Source: Amoebidium appalachense (Eukaryota; Protista; Ichthyosporea). From it: DNA of 64,000 bases. The notes beneath the pieces are model-generated. The model had not been told where the DNA came from. It made no database searches and saw only the letters and a program-made list of their open reading frames with translations. The first letter of the stretch is position 1. Each line of letters begins with the position of its first letter. The DNA lies in the NCBI GenBank assembly GCA_963693365.1, contig CAVNZM010000016.1, forward strand, positions 2,157,984-2,221,983, read 5' to 3'. Below are positions 22,818 to 37,490 of the stretch, in pieces. The translations under genes were made by a program, and so were the position numbers.

Positions 22818-23392
22818 CAAACACTGTCAGACACACACACACACACCGTGGCAGTGTCACTGTCATGCCAATGGCATGTGACACACGTGCACACGCACAC
22901 ACACCTCCCAGTGCACGCACGCACTGCTGACACGCACACATGTGCACGCACAGCGTCACACACAGTGTCACAAACGTGACACACACACACACACACACGC
23001 GCGCGAGCGTGGTAACCGGGCCGTATTCTTGCAAGCACACATACGTACACACGCACACGTGTACACACACACAAACAAACAAACGCACACACACGTCTCA
23101 TACACACACACAGTGTCGCTGACAGTGACAGAGACACGTGGCACAGAGTCACACACCGTGGCAAAGACACACACGTGCGCCGTGGCGCCACCAGCGGATA
23201 CGTCCGTTTCCACCCCATAGGGCTAGCAAAACACTAAGTTGTAGTCTTTGATTGACATGTGCACCTAATATTGGGAATCATAATGCAACAAGCCGCCATT
23301 CTTATATGCCCGTGATATGCTGGCCAACCTATCATCACATCGAAAGGCCTGCCTCTTTTGGGGGGGTAGTGGTGGTGTGTGTGTGTGTGGGT

Positions 23393-23429
<37 letters not shown>

Positions 23430-23940
23430 CTCAATTGACAACAGCTTGAAGAGGTTTGTCTACAAGCCCGAGCGTCTTTCAACGAGTCAAGAGATTGCAA
23501 TCCGAGTCACTCATTGCAGTTGCTGTTAAGGAGTCAACCCTCCCCCCCTCCCCCCCCCCCCCCCGGCTGCAAACCTGCAAATTTCGTTTACTCGTGAAAT
23601 CTCAGTCACCAACCCGATCACCTGTTGGCGTTATGTACATTTTTTTCGACAACTCAACTCCAGCCCAGCCAGAGCTTCAACTTAACAACATCCATTTTTT
23701 CTTGTGCAAATTTGAAATCGCGGGGTGTCGATCACATAAACCCCACCTGTTTTCTAATGCAACAAGTAAAAAAAATGCCTGTAAAGACCAACAACTTATA
23801 GCAAGTTAGTAGCTTGCACCTATGCGACCACCACCAACTTGCACCAAAAGATAAAAAACAACTAACAAACAACCTAAAAAAGCCAAAAAACAACACAAAA
23901 TCTCCACGATCACGAAAATGTGGAAAATTTATGTTTGCGC

Positions 23941-24590
23941 TTAGGCTGCCTTCTTGCCGTTGGCCGCAGACGCCTGCTTGCCGCCGGCCTTTGCGCGTGC
24001 GATCAGCAGAAGCACGAGCTCATAGGTGATGACGATCACAAACTCGGGCTTGAGAAGGTGGATCTTGGGCAGGCGGCCTGTGCGTGTGCATGTGTGTGTG
24101 TGTGTGTGTACATGTGTGTTCACACGTGTAATTGTGTGTGCTCGAGCGCATAGGTGACGGTTTTGTCGAATGTTTAAGTATGGTTGTGTTGTGCGTGTGT
24201 GTGAAGGGGGGGGGGGGGGGGGGGGGGTAGTTTATATTAGTACATATGTGTCAAAGAGTATAAAGTACACCTTCATTACGGATAACACAATGCAGATTTT
24301 ACAGTGCCTACACAAGTGCATGCATCACACATAGAGCACATCCTCAGTCGGGCCCCAATCATCCAGTCTCCCCCCCCCCCCCCCCCACCACCACCATCCT
24401 TTGTGTGCGTGTGTGTTGGGGGGGGGGGGGGGGGGGGGGGGGAGGGGGGGGGAGGGGGGGGGGGCTCTGAACCTGAGAGGATCTGATTATGTTTATGCCT
24501 GTGCCTGTGCTGTGCAATATTGCACAAGTTGTAAGACCGGGTGATATCCGGAGTGTGAGTGTGTGTGTGCGTGGGGAGGAAAGAGGAGGA

Positions 24591-24625
<35 letters not shown>

Positions 24626-24746
24626 CCAGTCATAATGTCAGCCCAGCGGGCAAGGAAATCGTTGCCCTTGCGTGCAACAGCGGCAGTAGCTGCATCGATC
24701 AGAATGGGGAACCGGTAGAGAATCTGGCAGATGTTCATGGACCTGT

Positions 24747-24826
<80 letters not shown>

Positions 24827-24893
24827 GTGAGTATAAGTGGGTCTTTTTAGAATGGGTGTTGTGCTCGTGCAGGCACCTGGAAACTTTCATTTC

Positions 24894-24949
<56 letters not shown>

Positions 24950-27072
24950 ACACACACACTCCCCCACCTCACGTTTGCGTTGTGGTGAAGCACCCTGCTG
25001 CACTACGAACGACGAGATAAAACACAAGTTGGGAAAACTCTTCAGTGGAGAGAAGAAATCATACATAGGAGTGCATGGACTGTTAAGCACATACAACTAG
25101 AAACATTAGAGCACCTTAGGAGACATGAGGAATTGTACTTAAGAATGCAAGGAATGTTAGGCATGAGGAATTGTCCTTAGGAATGCAAGGAATGTTAAGC
25201 ACATACCACTGGAAGTCGAAGCCGAACTTGTTCATCCACACATCGTGGTACAGCTTCATGCACTGTTCGCTGTAGTTGCCGGCGCGGATGCACCAGTGGA
25301 GATGTTCGGCAGCAATCTTGCCTCCCTCCATTGCATGGTGAATACCCTCTGCAGGGGGGGGAGGGGGGGGGTTGAGGGGAAGAAAGGGGGAGTGAGGGGG
25401 AGGGGGGAGGGGGGAGGGGACGGATGTGTGGGTTAGAAAGGGGGAATGTGTTTGTGCGAGTGTGAGAGCTTGTGTGTGTACGTGTGTGAATGAGAGAAAG
25501 AGAGAGAGAGTGTGTACGCGCGTGTTATGTATGTGAGTGAATATGAGTGCGAGTGTGAATGTGAGTGAGAAAGTGAGCGAGTGAGCGAGTGTATGTGTGT
25601 GTGTTTGGATAGATGTGCAAAAAAGAGCGGTGCATGCGCGCGTGTGTAGAAGGGATTGAGATAGGTGTGAGTGTGAGTGTGAGTGTGAGTGTGAGTGTGT
25701 GTGTATTGGGAAGGCTGTGTGTCTCAGTGTGAGATAGGGGTTGTGTACACGAGGTGAAGGCGTGGATGTGCGTGAATGTATTATGGGGTGGAAACGGACG
25801 TATCCGCCAGTGGCGCCACGGCGCAGCATAGCAGCCGGGGCGCTGCCTCTAAGTGGGATAAATTTATTTGTATGTTTGTATATTTTTATGATAATCATAT
25901 TTATAATCATATATATTTGCTCCATATTCAAATTTCATAACATATATTCATAAGTATTATATAAATTTCATACACTTTTACCGCTTTTCAACGATTTTGG
26001 AATGTCGCGCAGTGGCTCAGATCAATCAAGCCAACCAATTAGACAGCAGGAAAGCTTGGTCCTGGGCCCGGTGCCGATGTCGCCACCGGCGGATACGTCC
26101 GTTTCCACCCCATAGTGCATGTGTACAGGTCCACGTTTTTAAGTGCATTTAAGTGCATAAGGGCAACCAATAGAACTACGTGGGGATTTGTGGGGGAATA
26201 TTGTGGGGCCGGGAGAGGGGGAGGGGGCTATGTGGTGACTTAAGAGAGAGAAAAAAAAAAGGGGGGGGGGGGGGGGTTCTATGTGGTAAATTTAAGCATA
26301 TTATGTGGAACATTGGGCATGCAGGAGGGAGGGCAAGGGGGTTTATATGCGTCAAAAAGTACGAAGTACACAAGAACAAACGGATAACACGATGCAGAAT
26401 GCAAGCCATACATAAAGAGCATGCATAAAAATATAGAGCCCATTCTCAGGGGGAGCCCACGTCATCCACACCCGAGTTTCGACCTATTCACCTCGTTAAC
26501 GAAACCCAACTCAGATACTGTTTCACTTGAACATGGCTAGGTCACCCGTCTTGATCAGAGACGAGCAGGGTTGCTTATGCAGGCAAGGGCAGTGGGAAAG
26601 GCCGGGGGTTAAAGTTGCAGCAGTAAGCAGAAGCAAGAAAGGAGAAAGGAGGGGGGGGGGGGGGGGGGGGGGGGGGGTCGTCTCTGTGGTGAACTGGGGG
26701 GGGCAAGAAGAAAGGGGGTTCATTTTGAAATTTCGTACCTCCAGTCATGGGATCAATCATTCCAGCAGCGTCACCGACCAAAATCAGATGCTTGCCATAA
26801 CTCTTCTTCACACCCCCCAGGCGCAAGGCGGCCGTTTTCATTGGCTCAATCTTGGCGTTGGGGCCCAGGGCCTTGGACACGTTGGGGTCGTCGGTGATGA
26901 GATAGTCGTGCCAGTACTTCTGTTTGTCCATGGGCACCTGTACGTGTGTGTGTAGGTGTGCGTGTACGTGTGTGTAGGTGAGTGCTTGTGTATGTGTAGG
27001 TGTGTGTGTGTGTGTGGAAAAGGGGTAGGGAGGGAGGGAGGGAGGGAGGGAGGGAGGCGGGGCGGGGCGGGG

Positions 27073-27105
<33 letters not shown>

Positions 27106-27216
27106 AATGTGAGATGTATGTGCATAATTGTGAGTGTGGCAATACTTTCGCTTGTCCATGGGAACCTGTACGTGTGTGTATGTGTGTACGCGTAAGCGTG
27201 CATGCGTGCGTGTTAG

Positions 27217-27247
<31 letters not shown>

Positions 27248-27388
27248 AGGGGGGGAAGTATGTGTGGGCGGATGTGCGTCAATGCGCCGATTTACACGTG
27301 TTCTCATATGCGCAGGTATAATCTCTCTCTGTGTGTCAATGCTAAGTGGGGGCGAGCCTTGTGTGTGTGTGTGGGTGTTCTACGGCCT

Positions 27389-27421
<33 letters not shown>

Positions 27422-27422
27422 A

Positions 27423-27454
<32 letters not shown>

Positions 27455-27966
27455 GGGGATGGGATGGGATTCAAAGGTGACAACCATGGAAGCAGAGACA
27501 TTGCCAAACCAAAAATTCAAGGGAGGAGGTAACGTACATTGGGGTTACCAGGGATCAAAAAGCAAACACAAAAATACGAGAATAACGTACGTTCGGGTTA
27601 CCAAGGATCAAAATTTTAAACCGCAAAAATAAGGAATAACGCAAATAACGTCCTTTGCGGCTACCAGGATTCAAATTAACACCACAAAAATACGGGAATA
27701 ACGAAAAACTTACGTTGGGGTTACCGGGAATCAGGTAGCAGCAGTAGTTGAGTTCACCGTTGGGGTGACGGAACAGAGCGGCATAGCCTGGCAGGAGGTC
27801 CTTGTTGTAGAACACGACACCATCGGCCTTGAAGTTGTGGCTGTCTCCCTCCACAAACGCACGCGAGCACGTGCCCTGTACGTGTACGTGTACGTGTGTA
27901 CGTGTGTGTACGTGTACAGTATGTGTGTTTTGGACGTGTGCCCGCCCGCATGCGTTTTGTACGTCT

Positions 27967-28003
<37 letters not shown>

Positions 28004-28180
28004 CGTGTGTGTGGGGCAGGCACTGATGCGGCGGAGGAAGGGGGGGGGGGGGGGGGGGGATAAGGAGGGGGAGGAGGAATATGGGAAGGGGTGCTAAGTG
28101 CTAGGGCATGTGTGTGCGGTGTTACTGGTGGCCTCGGGAGAGGGGCGGTGGGGGGGGGGGGGGGGGGGGGGGGGAGGGGG

Positions 28181-28235
<55 letters not shown>

Positions 28236-28764
28236 GGGGGGGGGGGGGGGGGGTAGATATGGTGGTGGGCTAAAAGAATTTGCTATACATGGGAATGGCG
28301 GGGAGAAACGAGGGAAAGCGTACAGATATAAAGCGAATGTTGATGAAAAAGATATGCATTTAAAGGAGTGGGTGAAAGGGAGAGTTGTTGGCTGTGGTTC
28401 GCACCGAAGGTGCCATTACGCGTGTGTTCATGCATCCGCACGTGTGTGCAAACGGTACTCAGTAAACTTTAGCCAAACCGGTTGTCCTGTCGAAACCATG
28501 GCCATAAAGCAAAGAGGGGGAAGGGGTAATGCACACATGTGTGTATGTGTGTGTGCATGTACATGTGCATGTGTGTGTGGCGCCGCGCGTGTTCTCCCCC
28601 CCCCCCCCCCCTTTTTTTTTTGGAGGGGGGAGGGGGGGGGGGGGAGGGTCTTTATTGTTACCTGTGGAGGTTCAGTGATGTATCCAAGTTTAGTGGCCAG
28701 ACCGGAGGTGGCACCGTCGGCACACACAAGCACACGGGCCTTAACCGTCTCACCAGTGCCCTCC

Positions 28765-28797
<33 letters not shown>

Positions 28798-29384
28798 GTG
28801 TGTGTAAGAGAGAGACAGAAATGAGAGACAGAGAGAGAGAGTGTGTGTGTGTGTGCGTGTATGTAAGGATGAGAAAGAGAGAGGGCGGGAGGGAGGGGGG
28901 GGGGGGGGGGGGAGGAGGGGGAAGAGTGAGAGAGAGAGAGAGTGAGTGAGAGAGAGAGAGGGCGAGTATGTGCATTATTGAAAGGTGAAGTCCACACCAC
29001 GGGTGAAACACCCGGGGTGGGGGAGGGGGAGGGGGGAGGGGGGAAGGGAGGAAGCTTGTCAGTGAATCGCACATCACAAACACAATTAACATAAACACTT
29101 ACACGGTATGCTCAGAACTTGATCATTAGGAAGTATTTTTTCAGCGTCATGTCGCCATCAAACTAGGATTATAGACTTCAGAGCACATCAAAACCACACG
29201 ACCTTGTCGCTCACACAAAACTCACACCCGCCAGAACAAAAGGAACCTGTCTTCTAACCCCCCCCCCCCCCCCCCTCTCACACTCGCACACACCACCACC
29301 AACCACCTTTCTCTCACCCCTTGCATCCCTTTGACCCCATATACTTATTCCCACTGCTCTTCCCCCGTCGTTTAAATAAATAAC

Positions 29385-29415
<31 letters not shown>

Positions 29416-29600
29416 ATATACAAACCCGGCCATTTTTCTTTCCTAACACGAGGATGCAATCTGCGCGATTAACGTGTACTTACCAAAGCCCAACATAACT
29501 TCTCCACCCACTTTCCACACACACACACACACAACACACTCAGTTACCTACCTCCCAACCACACATTAGCAATGACCTCCCCCCCCGCGCCATCCCCGTC

Positions 29601-29632
<32 letters not shown>

Positions 29633-29829
29633 TCTCTCCCGAGACCTATCGTCGATCCGCCGTTCTCCCCTCCCCCCTCCTCTCCGCCCCTTCTTCCACA
29701 CACCCACCCACCCACCCACTGTGACACAGACAGACGCAGACACACCCACCCACCCATACAGGTGCACACCCACCTACCCATCCAAAACCTCCCCTCCCCC
29801 CCCTAACCACTCACACCTACCTCCATCGA

Positions 29830-29872
<43 letters not shown>

Positions 29873-30290
29873 AAAAAAACCCACCCACCTTAGTAACAGT
29901 CCATAGCCCCGTAGCATCATCGAACTTTGCCGTGTCGACTGCCCAGTTCTCCTTCAGATCCACGCCTTCCTTCTGGGCCCTTCTGGCAATTGCTTCGTCC
30001 AATAGCGTGCGCTTGATGGCGAGAGCCGCGGGAATTTGGCCCAAAACCTCGTGACTGCGACCGACAAAGCTGATGCCTCCGGGGCTCACAAGTCCGCCGC
30101 TATCGGCCTGTGTGTCGGTTTTTAATTTTAGTTGAAGTATAGAATATGGGTGTTAGGTTTTAATGGTGTTCATTGTAGGCGACGATGTTTGTCGTGCTTG
30201 ATCAAAGGGGGTTAGAAGCCTGGGGGAGGGGGGGGGGGGGGGGGGGGGGAGGGGGGGGAGGAGAGAGAGGGGGGGAGGAGGGGGGGGGAG

Positions 30291-30352
<62 letters not shown>

Positions 30353-31168
30353 ACGGAGAGATGGACAGATGGAAAAGTCGGGGTTGTGAGATACCGATGG
30401 GGCAGGAAATGGCCTCTGCACACGGAAGGGGGAGGGGGATGCGGGCGGGAGGGCCGATGAGGGAAAAGGGGAGAGAGAGGGGTGTGTGAGTGTGTGAGTG
30501 TGTGTGCGTGTGGGGATGTGCAATAGCAACAGAGGTGATGGTTGATGGTTGATATCTGCGTAAATCTGCACACGGACCTGAAAGGGCACGAGTGTGTGTG
30601 TCTGTGTGTTTGGAGTGGAGAAGGGGGGCGGGGGGGGGGGGGGGGGGGGGGGAGGGGGGGGAGAGGAAGGGGGGGGGAAGAGAGAAGGTGGGGAGGGGCA
30701 AGGGGGAAGGGGGAGGGGGGAGGGGGGAGGGGAGAGAGAGAGAGAGAGCAAGAGAGAGAGAGAGAGAGAGAGAGAGGAGGAACTATAGGATCCAATAAAT
30801 GGAAACTTGTACAACATATTCTCAGTGGGGAGGAGGGGGTTGGGGGAAGAGCGGGGGTAACTGATTTGATGGGGGGAAGGGGAAGGGGGGTGGGTGGGTG
30901 GGGGGGGGGGGGGGGGGGGGGCAACGATAAGACATCTGCTCTGATGAATAATTCACAGCGTACTATGGGGGTTGGGGGGGAGGGAGGGGGGAGTCAGGGC
31001 CCGGGGAGGGGGGGGGGGGGGGGGAGGGGGGAGAAACGGGATGTGAGAGGGAGTCGGTAGGTGAATGGGGTGCAGTGTGTGTGTTAGTGTGTGTGTACGT
31101 GTGCAACTTTGTTTTCTTTTTTGGTGCATGGGTGGGTTAATGGGAGTGTGGGGAGGGGTGGGGAATGG

Positions 31169-31208
<40 letters not shown>

Positions 31209-31608
31209 AGGCCGGGAGTGGGAAGAGGAGGAGGGGCGGGGGGGGGGGGGGGGGGGGGGGGGGATACGTACAACGTGGGCCTTGTTCTGATCGATCAGAT
31301 CGCGGTAGATGCCCATATCCATCAGAATTTCAATCGCAATCTTGCACACGGCATCACCGCAGTACTTGTCACGGGGGAACTGCTTCTTCTCAAGAATGGC
31401 AACTACGGCAAAGAAGACACGAGAACAAGTAAGTTACATGAACCAGGTAATAGTGAAAGGTTATAAAATAAATGGGGGCAAAAAAGGGTAAAAGGGACAA
31501 GCAACACGGGGGGAAGATGTGGTGGTAAACTGCGCAGGGAGGATGGGGGGAATGAAGCGATCCAGCGGGGGGGGGGGGGGGGGAGGGGTGGAGGCAGGAA
31601 CGTGGGGG

Positions 31609-31656
<48 letters not shown>

Positions 31657-32027
31657 GTGGGATAAAACGCTAAAGACGCAAGGCAGCTTAAGAGGTGATA
31701 TATTGGGAAGGCCCAACGGCAGCGACAGGCGCGGGGAGGGAGGTTTTGTGTAATTATGTGGGAGGGAAAAGCAGTGTGTGTATGTGTGGTGTGAATGTGT
31801 GTGTGTGTGTGTGTGTGTGCAGGGATATTAAAAAGGTATCACACACAATAAGGAGAAAGGGGGGAGGTGGCGGTGGCCGGGAACGGGGCGGTGGGAGGGG
31901 GAGGGGAAAGGGGGAAAGGGGGGAAGGAGACATACCCTTGTTGTGCTTCTGTGCGAGGTAGAAGCCACAGGTCGAGCCGGAGGGACCACCGCCAACAATC
32001 ACGACATCATAGAAGTCACGGTCCTTG

Positions 32028-32096
<69 letters not shown>

Positions 32097-32648
32097 GGGG
32101 AGGGGGGAGGGGGGGGGGGAGGGGTAAGAATATGCTACCAATACCAAGTACGACGTACACATTCACGACGGACAGAACAATGTCATTAATTTGCAAAGTG
32201 TGTGTGTCTGTTTGGGGGGGGGGGGGAGGGGGGGGGGGAGAGAGAAGTGTAAAGCGCTGTGAGAGGGAGAGGGTGGGGTCAGTGTCGTGCCTGTGATTGA
32301 GATGGTAAAAAAGGATTTACGTGCTCTTGTGAGAATGAGCAGCGGACGGTAAGAAGTGGATGGGGTATGGTTGTATGTAAGTATGTGGTGGACCTGTTGG
32401 GTTGGGGGACTTTGGGGAGGAGACGGAGACGGAGAGTGAGAGGAGGAGGTGAAGGGAGGAAGGTGTTTGTGTGTGTGTGTGGGGGGGGGGGGGGGGGGGG
32501 GGGGGAGGTGGGGAGGAAGGGGGGCATTTACAGTGGCATCGTCCTTGTACTCGCAAGGGAAATCCATAGGTGACGGGGGTGGCTCCGCGAACACATACTT
32601 GCGGATGAACCACACCGCCGCAATGACGAGGGCAATGAGGGCCAACAT
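23941..32648 (-). CDS. Geranylgeranyl-reductase-family FAD-dependent oxidoreductase (Dictyostelium CMF receptor 1-like), 10 exons, 472 aa
   Basis: Exons 32648-32532, 32029-31936, 31402-31272, 30107-29889, 28763-28662, 27875-27714, 26937-26739, 25348-25207, 24742-24627, 24077-23941; all GT-AG with consistent phases. Motifs YDVVIVGGGPSGS, LEKKQFPRDKYCGDA, ADG, LVGDAAGMIDPMTGEGIHHAM. N-terminal signal anchor and C-terminal KKAA. Confidence 0.92.
25785..26111. mobile_element. MITE (~330 bp) in an intron of the oxidoreductase gene
   Basis: TIRs GGGGTGGAAACGGACGTATCCGCC.GTGGCG, AT-rich core, flanked by AT/AT. Confidence 0.9.
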
Positions 32649-32838
32649 GGTGGCTGTGTTCTCAGACCTGGATAAAGGGGCGTCATAAACATGAGCTGGA
32701 GAAGATTTCTCAAGAGAAGACACGCCGCGCCCCCCCCCCCCCCCCTCCCCCCCACCTCCCCCTTTCCCCGCCAACACACTCACTTACAAACTTCCGCCCA
32801 GCACTCCCGGTTACCCTCCCCTTTTCCCGTGCCCCTCC

Positions 32839-32875
<37 letters not shown>

Positions 32876-34042
32876 CTAAACCCTCTCCCCTCCTCCACCG
32901 CCCCTCTCCCCCCCCCCTCACCCCGTTCACACACACACACACTTTCACGTAGCCCTGTCCCGCCAAACCTCCACAAACCTACCACTACCATCACACACAC
33001 ACAGATCCCGAGCTTCAAGGAGAGAAAATGCATCAGAGAAGCGCGAAAATACACGGAATTATTCTTTCTGAAAATTTTCTTCTTGTGGTTGAACAGAGAA
33101 TCTGAAGCAGGACTTCCGGAGGCCACGCAGGGCCATTTTCTTTTTTTTACCATGTCTTTCCCCACGCCAATATAAGCTAAGCCTGTGAGAAAGTTTGCTC
33201 AACTATGAACAACGACACTCATTAACTTGCTCGTTTATGTCGGAGCTAATCTTTGAACGACACAGAGAAAAACAGGGAAAAAGGAAACAAAGGAAAAAGG
33301 GAAAAAAGTACCTCAAACGTGAAGTTGAGAAAACGAGACTGAGCAAAACAGACAGCTATGTGAGACGTTTTTCCACATGGTTTTGGCGCGAAAAATTGAA
33401 AATGTCACAATGAAACGCCTTCCGATTGGTCGAAATGGAGGTGGGCAAAATGTAAACAAACTAAGTATGAAACAAAGAACGCTTGTGGAAAGAGAAAAAC
33501 AGATAAATGGAATAGTTAGGGTATTGCCAAATGCGTTATTTTTAGTATGTAACATTAGGTATAGCAAAATTGAAAAAATAGGTACAATTCCAGTTAGCAT
33601 GTAAAGAAAAAAACAGTATCCCACCTACAGCTCGCTTATCATGTGACATATCACAGAAAATATGATTTGCCCTCGTGCAACCAGACGACTCTACTGGCTG
33701 AGAATAAAGTCGTACGCGACCAATAGCCAATCAGCGCTGACTCAAAACAAAATTTGTGGTTCACCCCAAATCAAGCCCGAAAATTCAGAAAATTTTGATG
33801 GTATCAAAGTTTTCAAGCCCCGATGTATTTTGGGTTTCGGGTTATGGTATTTTTCGTACCATGTCATTTGGCGGGGCACTGTTTGCGCAATCTAACCTCT
33901 CCATATCTTGCGGGCATGTCTTATGAGGGGCGTGCGCGTACGCGCAGATGTGTGTATGTGATGCGTCGTGTTTTATAATATATATGTGCATATGTGTTTG
34001 TGTCGGTTGTCTCTCTCTCTCTCTCCTTCTCTCCATATATCT

Positions 34043-34286
<244 letters not shown>

Positions 34287-34983
34287 GTCTGTCTCTCGAC
34301 TCTCTCTTTCTCTCGGCTCTCTCCCTCCCTTTAGCTCTCTGGAGCTCCCGGGCCCCAGCACAGGTCAATCTAACTTGAATAGATGGTGACGCACGCAAAG
34401 TGGGACTCAACAACGTTGATAAATAGCATCAGCATTCTCCAGCAATACTATGGCAGAAAGAAATAAATAATAATGGGGCGTACACCCCTCCCATACTTAG
34501 AAATAAAAAGGTGCAATACCAATAAAGTTAGTAATAGTGTGTACCGATTGAAATTTCTGTTTGTCGGACTCGGGCCCTGGCCGATTCCATGGTGGTGGCC
34601 TACGATAGCCATATATGTATGGTTATTAAGCATCGTAATGATTGGATTTAACATTTGCTGCTTCTGGCTTCCGGTTGGCCCCCTGAATGTATCAGGAATT
34701 ATCTCGAGATCAGGCTGCCTGCAGATGCATGCAGTTTGTGTTACAGTTGCCATGTAGTTGTGCATTGTACTGCTGACGTTAGGAGCAGAAACACAGTAGG
34801 GCTTGTTGCAGTCGTGAAATGGGGCCCAAAATACCTGCGGGCCCCTCCCGGCCTCCTCCTGTTGCAAGTTCAACTGGTCAGGCAGACCGTAGATACAGGC
34901 AGCTGCAACCTTCACAACGCACTATAGGGGATTTCTTGCCCGTTTTTCTCGGAGGGAAAGTTAATAAACCCGAGAAAACGGGC

Positions 34984-35352
34984 ATGACAACACACCCACG
35001 CCCCTCACGTCAGGTATCCGACCAGGACAAGGAATCAGATTGCTCACCATCACGAATTAGGTCATCCATAAACACCATTAGTTCAAATGACGGAAACGAA
35101 TCCAGCCCCTTAGCAGATCTAGAAGGGCCTTTTTCCCCTGCACGCACACACAGTGCAAGCAAATCAAGCTCCGAGATTCACACCCCTAATAGAGACCCAC
35201 ACACGACCGCGCCCACAGCCAAATCACCATCCCCCGCAATCACCCCGCCATCAGCCAAACCACCAATCCCCCAACGCAAATCCACACCCGCAGCCCAAAC
35301 TTCGACCCCACCACGCAAATCCACACCGGTACCCACAGCCCAACCACCGACC
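34984..35352 (+). other. Ser/Pro/Thr-rich ORF start running into (GT)n; possibly a truncated retroelement ORF1
   Basis: Low-complexity but non-microsatellite reading frame (MTTHPRPSRQ...PRKSTPVPTAQPPT) preceded by a strong hairpin. Confidence 0.3.
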
Positions 35353-35673
35353 CGTGTGTGTGTGTGTGTATGTGTTTGTTTGTGTGAGTGTGTGTGTGTG
35401 TGTGTGTGCAGTGTGCGTGCAGTGTATGTGTATGTGTGTGTGTGTGTGTGTGTGTACATGATGCCAGTGTGTGTGTGACGGTGTGTACATGTGTATGTGT
35501 GTTTGTCAGGGCTGATCAGTACGGGGGACGGGCGTGTACATGTGTGTGTGTATCATGATGTGTGTGTATGCCATGATGTTTGATACGGTGTGTGTCAGTG
35601 TGTGTGTACGGTGTGTGTCACAGTGTGTGTGTGTGTGTCTGTGTGTGTGTCTGTGGTGTGTGTGTGTGTGTGT

Positions 35674-35711
<38 letters not shown>

Positions 35712-35767
35712 TGTGTGTGTGCGTCACGGTCACAGTGTGTGTGTGTCACGTGTGTTTGTTTGTGTGT

Positions 35768-35826
<59 letters not shown>

Positions 35827-36221
35827 TGTGTGTGCGTGTACGTGAGTGTGTGTGTGCATGTGTGTGTGTGTGTTAACGTGTGTACATATGTGTATGTCAG
35901 TCAGTCACGGTGGGTGTGTGTTACAGTGTGTGGCGAGCGTGTACGTGTGGTGTGTGTGGATGGGTGGGTGGGTGTATGTGTGTGTGCTCTGTGTGTGTGT
36001 CACGTGTGTGTACTAGTATGGCAGTGTGTGACGGTGTGTGCCGGTGTGTACGCTTGTACAACACTGTGTGTGTGTGCCACAGTGTCACGTCCGTGAGTAT
36101 ATACCATATGTGTGCCGTGTACATGTGTGTCTGTGTACGTGTGGGCCGGAGTACTAGCTGTGTGCGTGTCTGTGTACGTGTGTGTGTGTGTGTGCCACGG
36201 TGTGTGAAGGTGTGTGTGTGT

Positions 36222-36253
<32 letters not shown>

Positions 36254-36459
36254 CGTTGCCACACGCGCACAAGCGCACACGTGCACGTGCACACACAACT
36301 TTTCACACACATGCACACAAACACACACGCGTGGACACACACACACACACCGCGCATACAAAAACAAACGGCACCGCACACAGGCACACACGCGCATGCG
36401 CACGCACGGGCACACACACACACACACAAGTACACATGCGCACACATCGCGCGCGCATG

Positions 36460-36490
<31 letters not shown>

Positions 36491-36632
36491 ACATGTACAC
36501 ACACACACGCACACACACACACACACACATGTACACAGACACATGTCCACACACTGTCACACACACACACGCACACACACACACACAGTAACACACAGTA
36601 CGCACACACACATACACACACGAACACACGTG

Positions 36633-36703
<71 letters not shown>

Positions 36704-36707
36704 GCAC

Positions 36708-36746
<39 letters not shown>

Positions 36747-37357
36747 TACAGGCACGCACACACATACACGGACGCACACATAGCACACACACACACACAC
36801 CGTGGCACACACACACACACAGGTGGCGCCACTACTTTGGAATATCCGTATCATTTGATGCCTATATACGTATGATATCATGGTTTACCACATGTGTTGT
36901 GTTATAATACGCAGCCATATGCATGGGGGCCGGGCGGGCCGGGGGGGGGGGGGGATAACCATGTCTTACCATGAAACCTCGGGAGGCTTACCATGAACCG
37001 AAATGTTGTTGGTATTTTCAAATGTTTCTGGGTATTTGTTACCGTAAAAACGGGGTTATGGTCGGGCTTGCCCCAAATGTCATTAAGTTGAAATTGTGTC
37101 ACAGAAGCGGAAATACAGCGGGAAAGATGCGGAATTATGCCGACTGAGCGGAAATACAGTTGGGGTTTACGCTGTTTACTCGAGGCAAAGAGAACCAGTC
37201 TCAGGTAGGGGGGGGGGGGGGTTTGCTCGGAATATCCCCTCAGCGGTATATCATGATCACGTACATAGATGTCGGGTGGTGACTATATATCAGGGTTTAC
37301 TTTCTCTACGAGACACCATAAAGACTACAAGGAGAAATCAATTAGTTGGGGTTCCCC

Positions 37358-37395
<38 letters not shown>

Positions 37396-37427
37396 GGGCT
37401 CCCCTCGGGACACTCGGTATCAGCTGG

Positions 37428-37470
<43 letters not shown>

Positions 37471-37490
37471 TGTGTGTGTGTGCGCGTGCG

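Noticed and set aside
34448-34915. 155-aa minus-strand ORF
   Set aside because: No recognisable motif, non-ATG start and no convincing splice structure.
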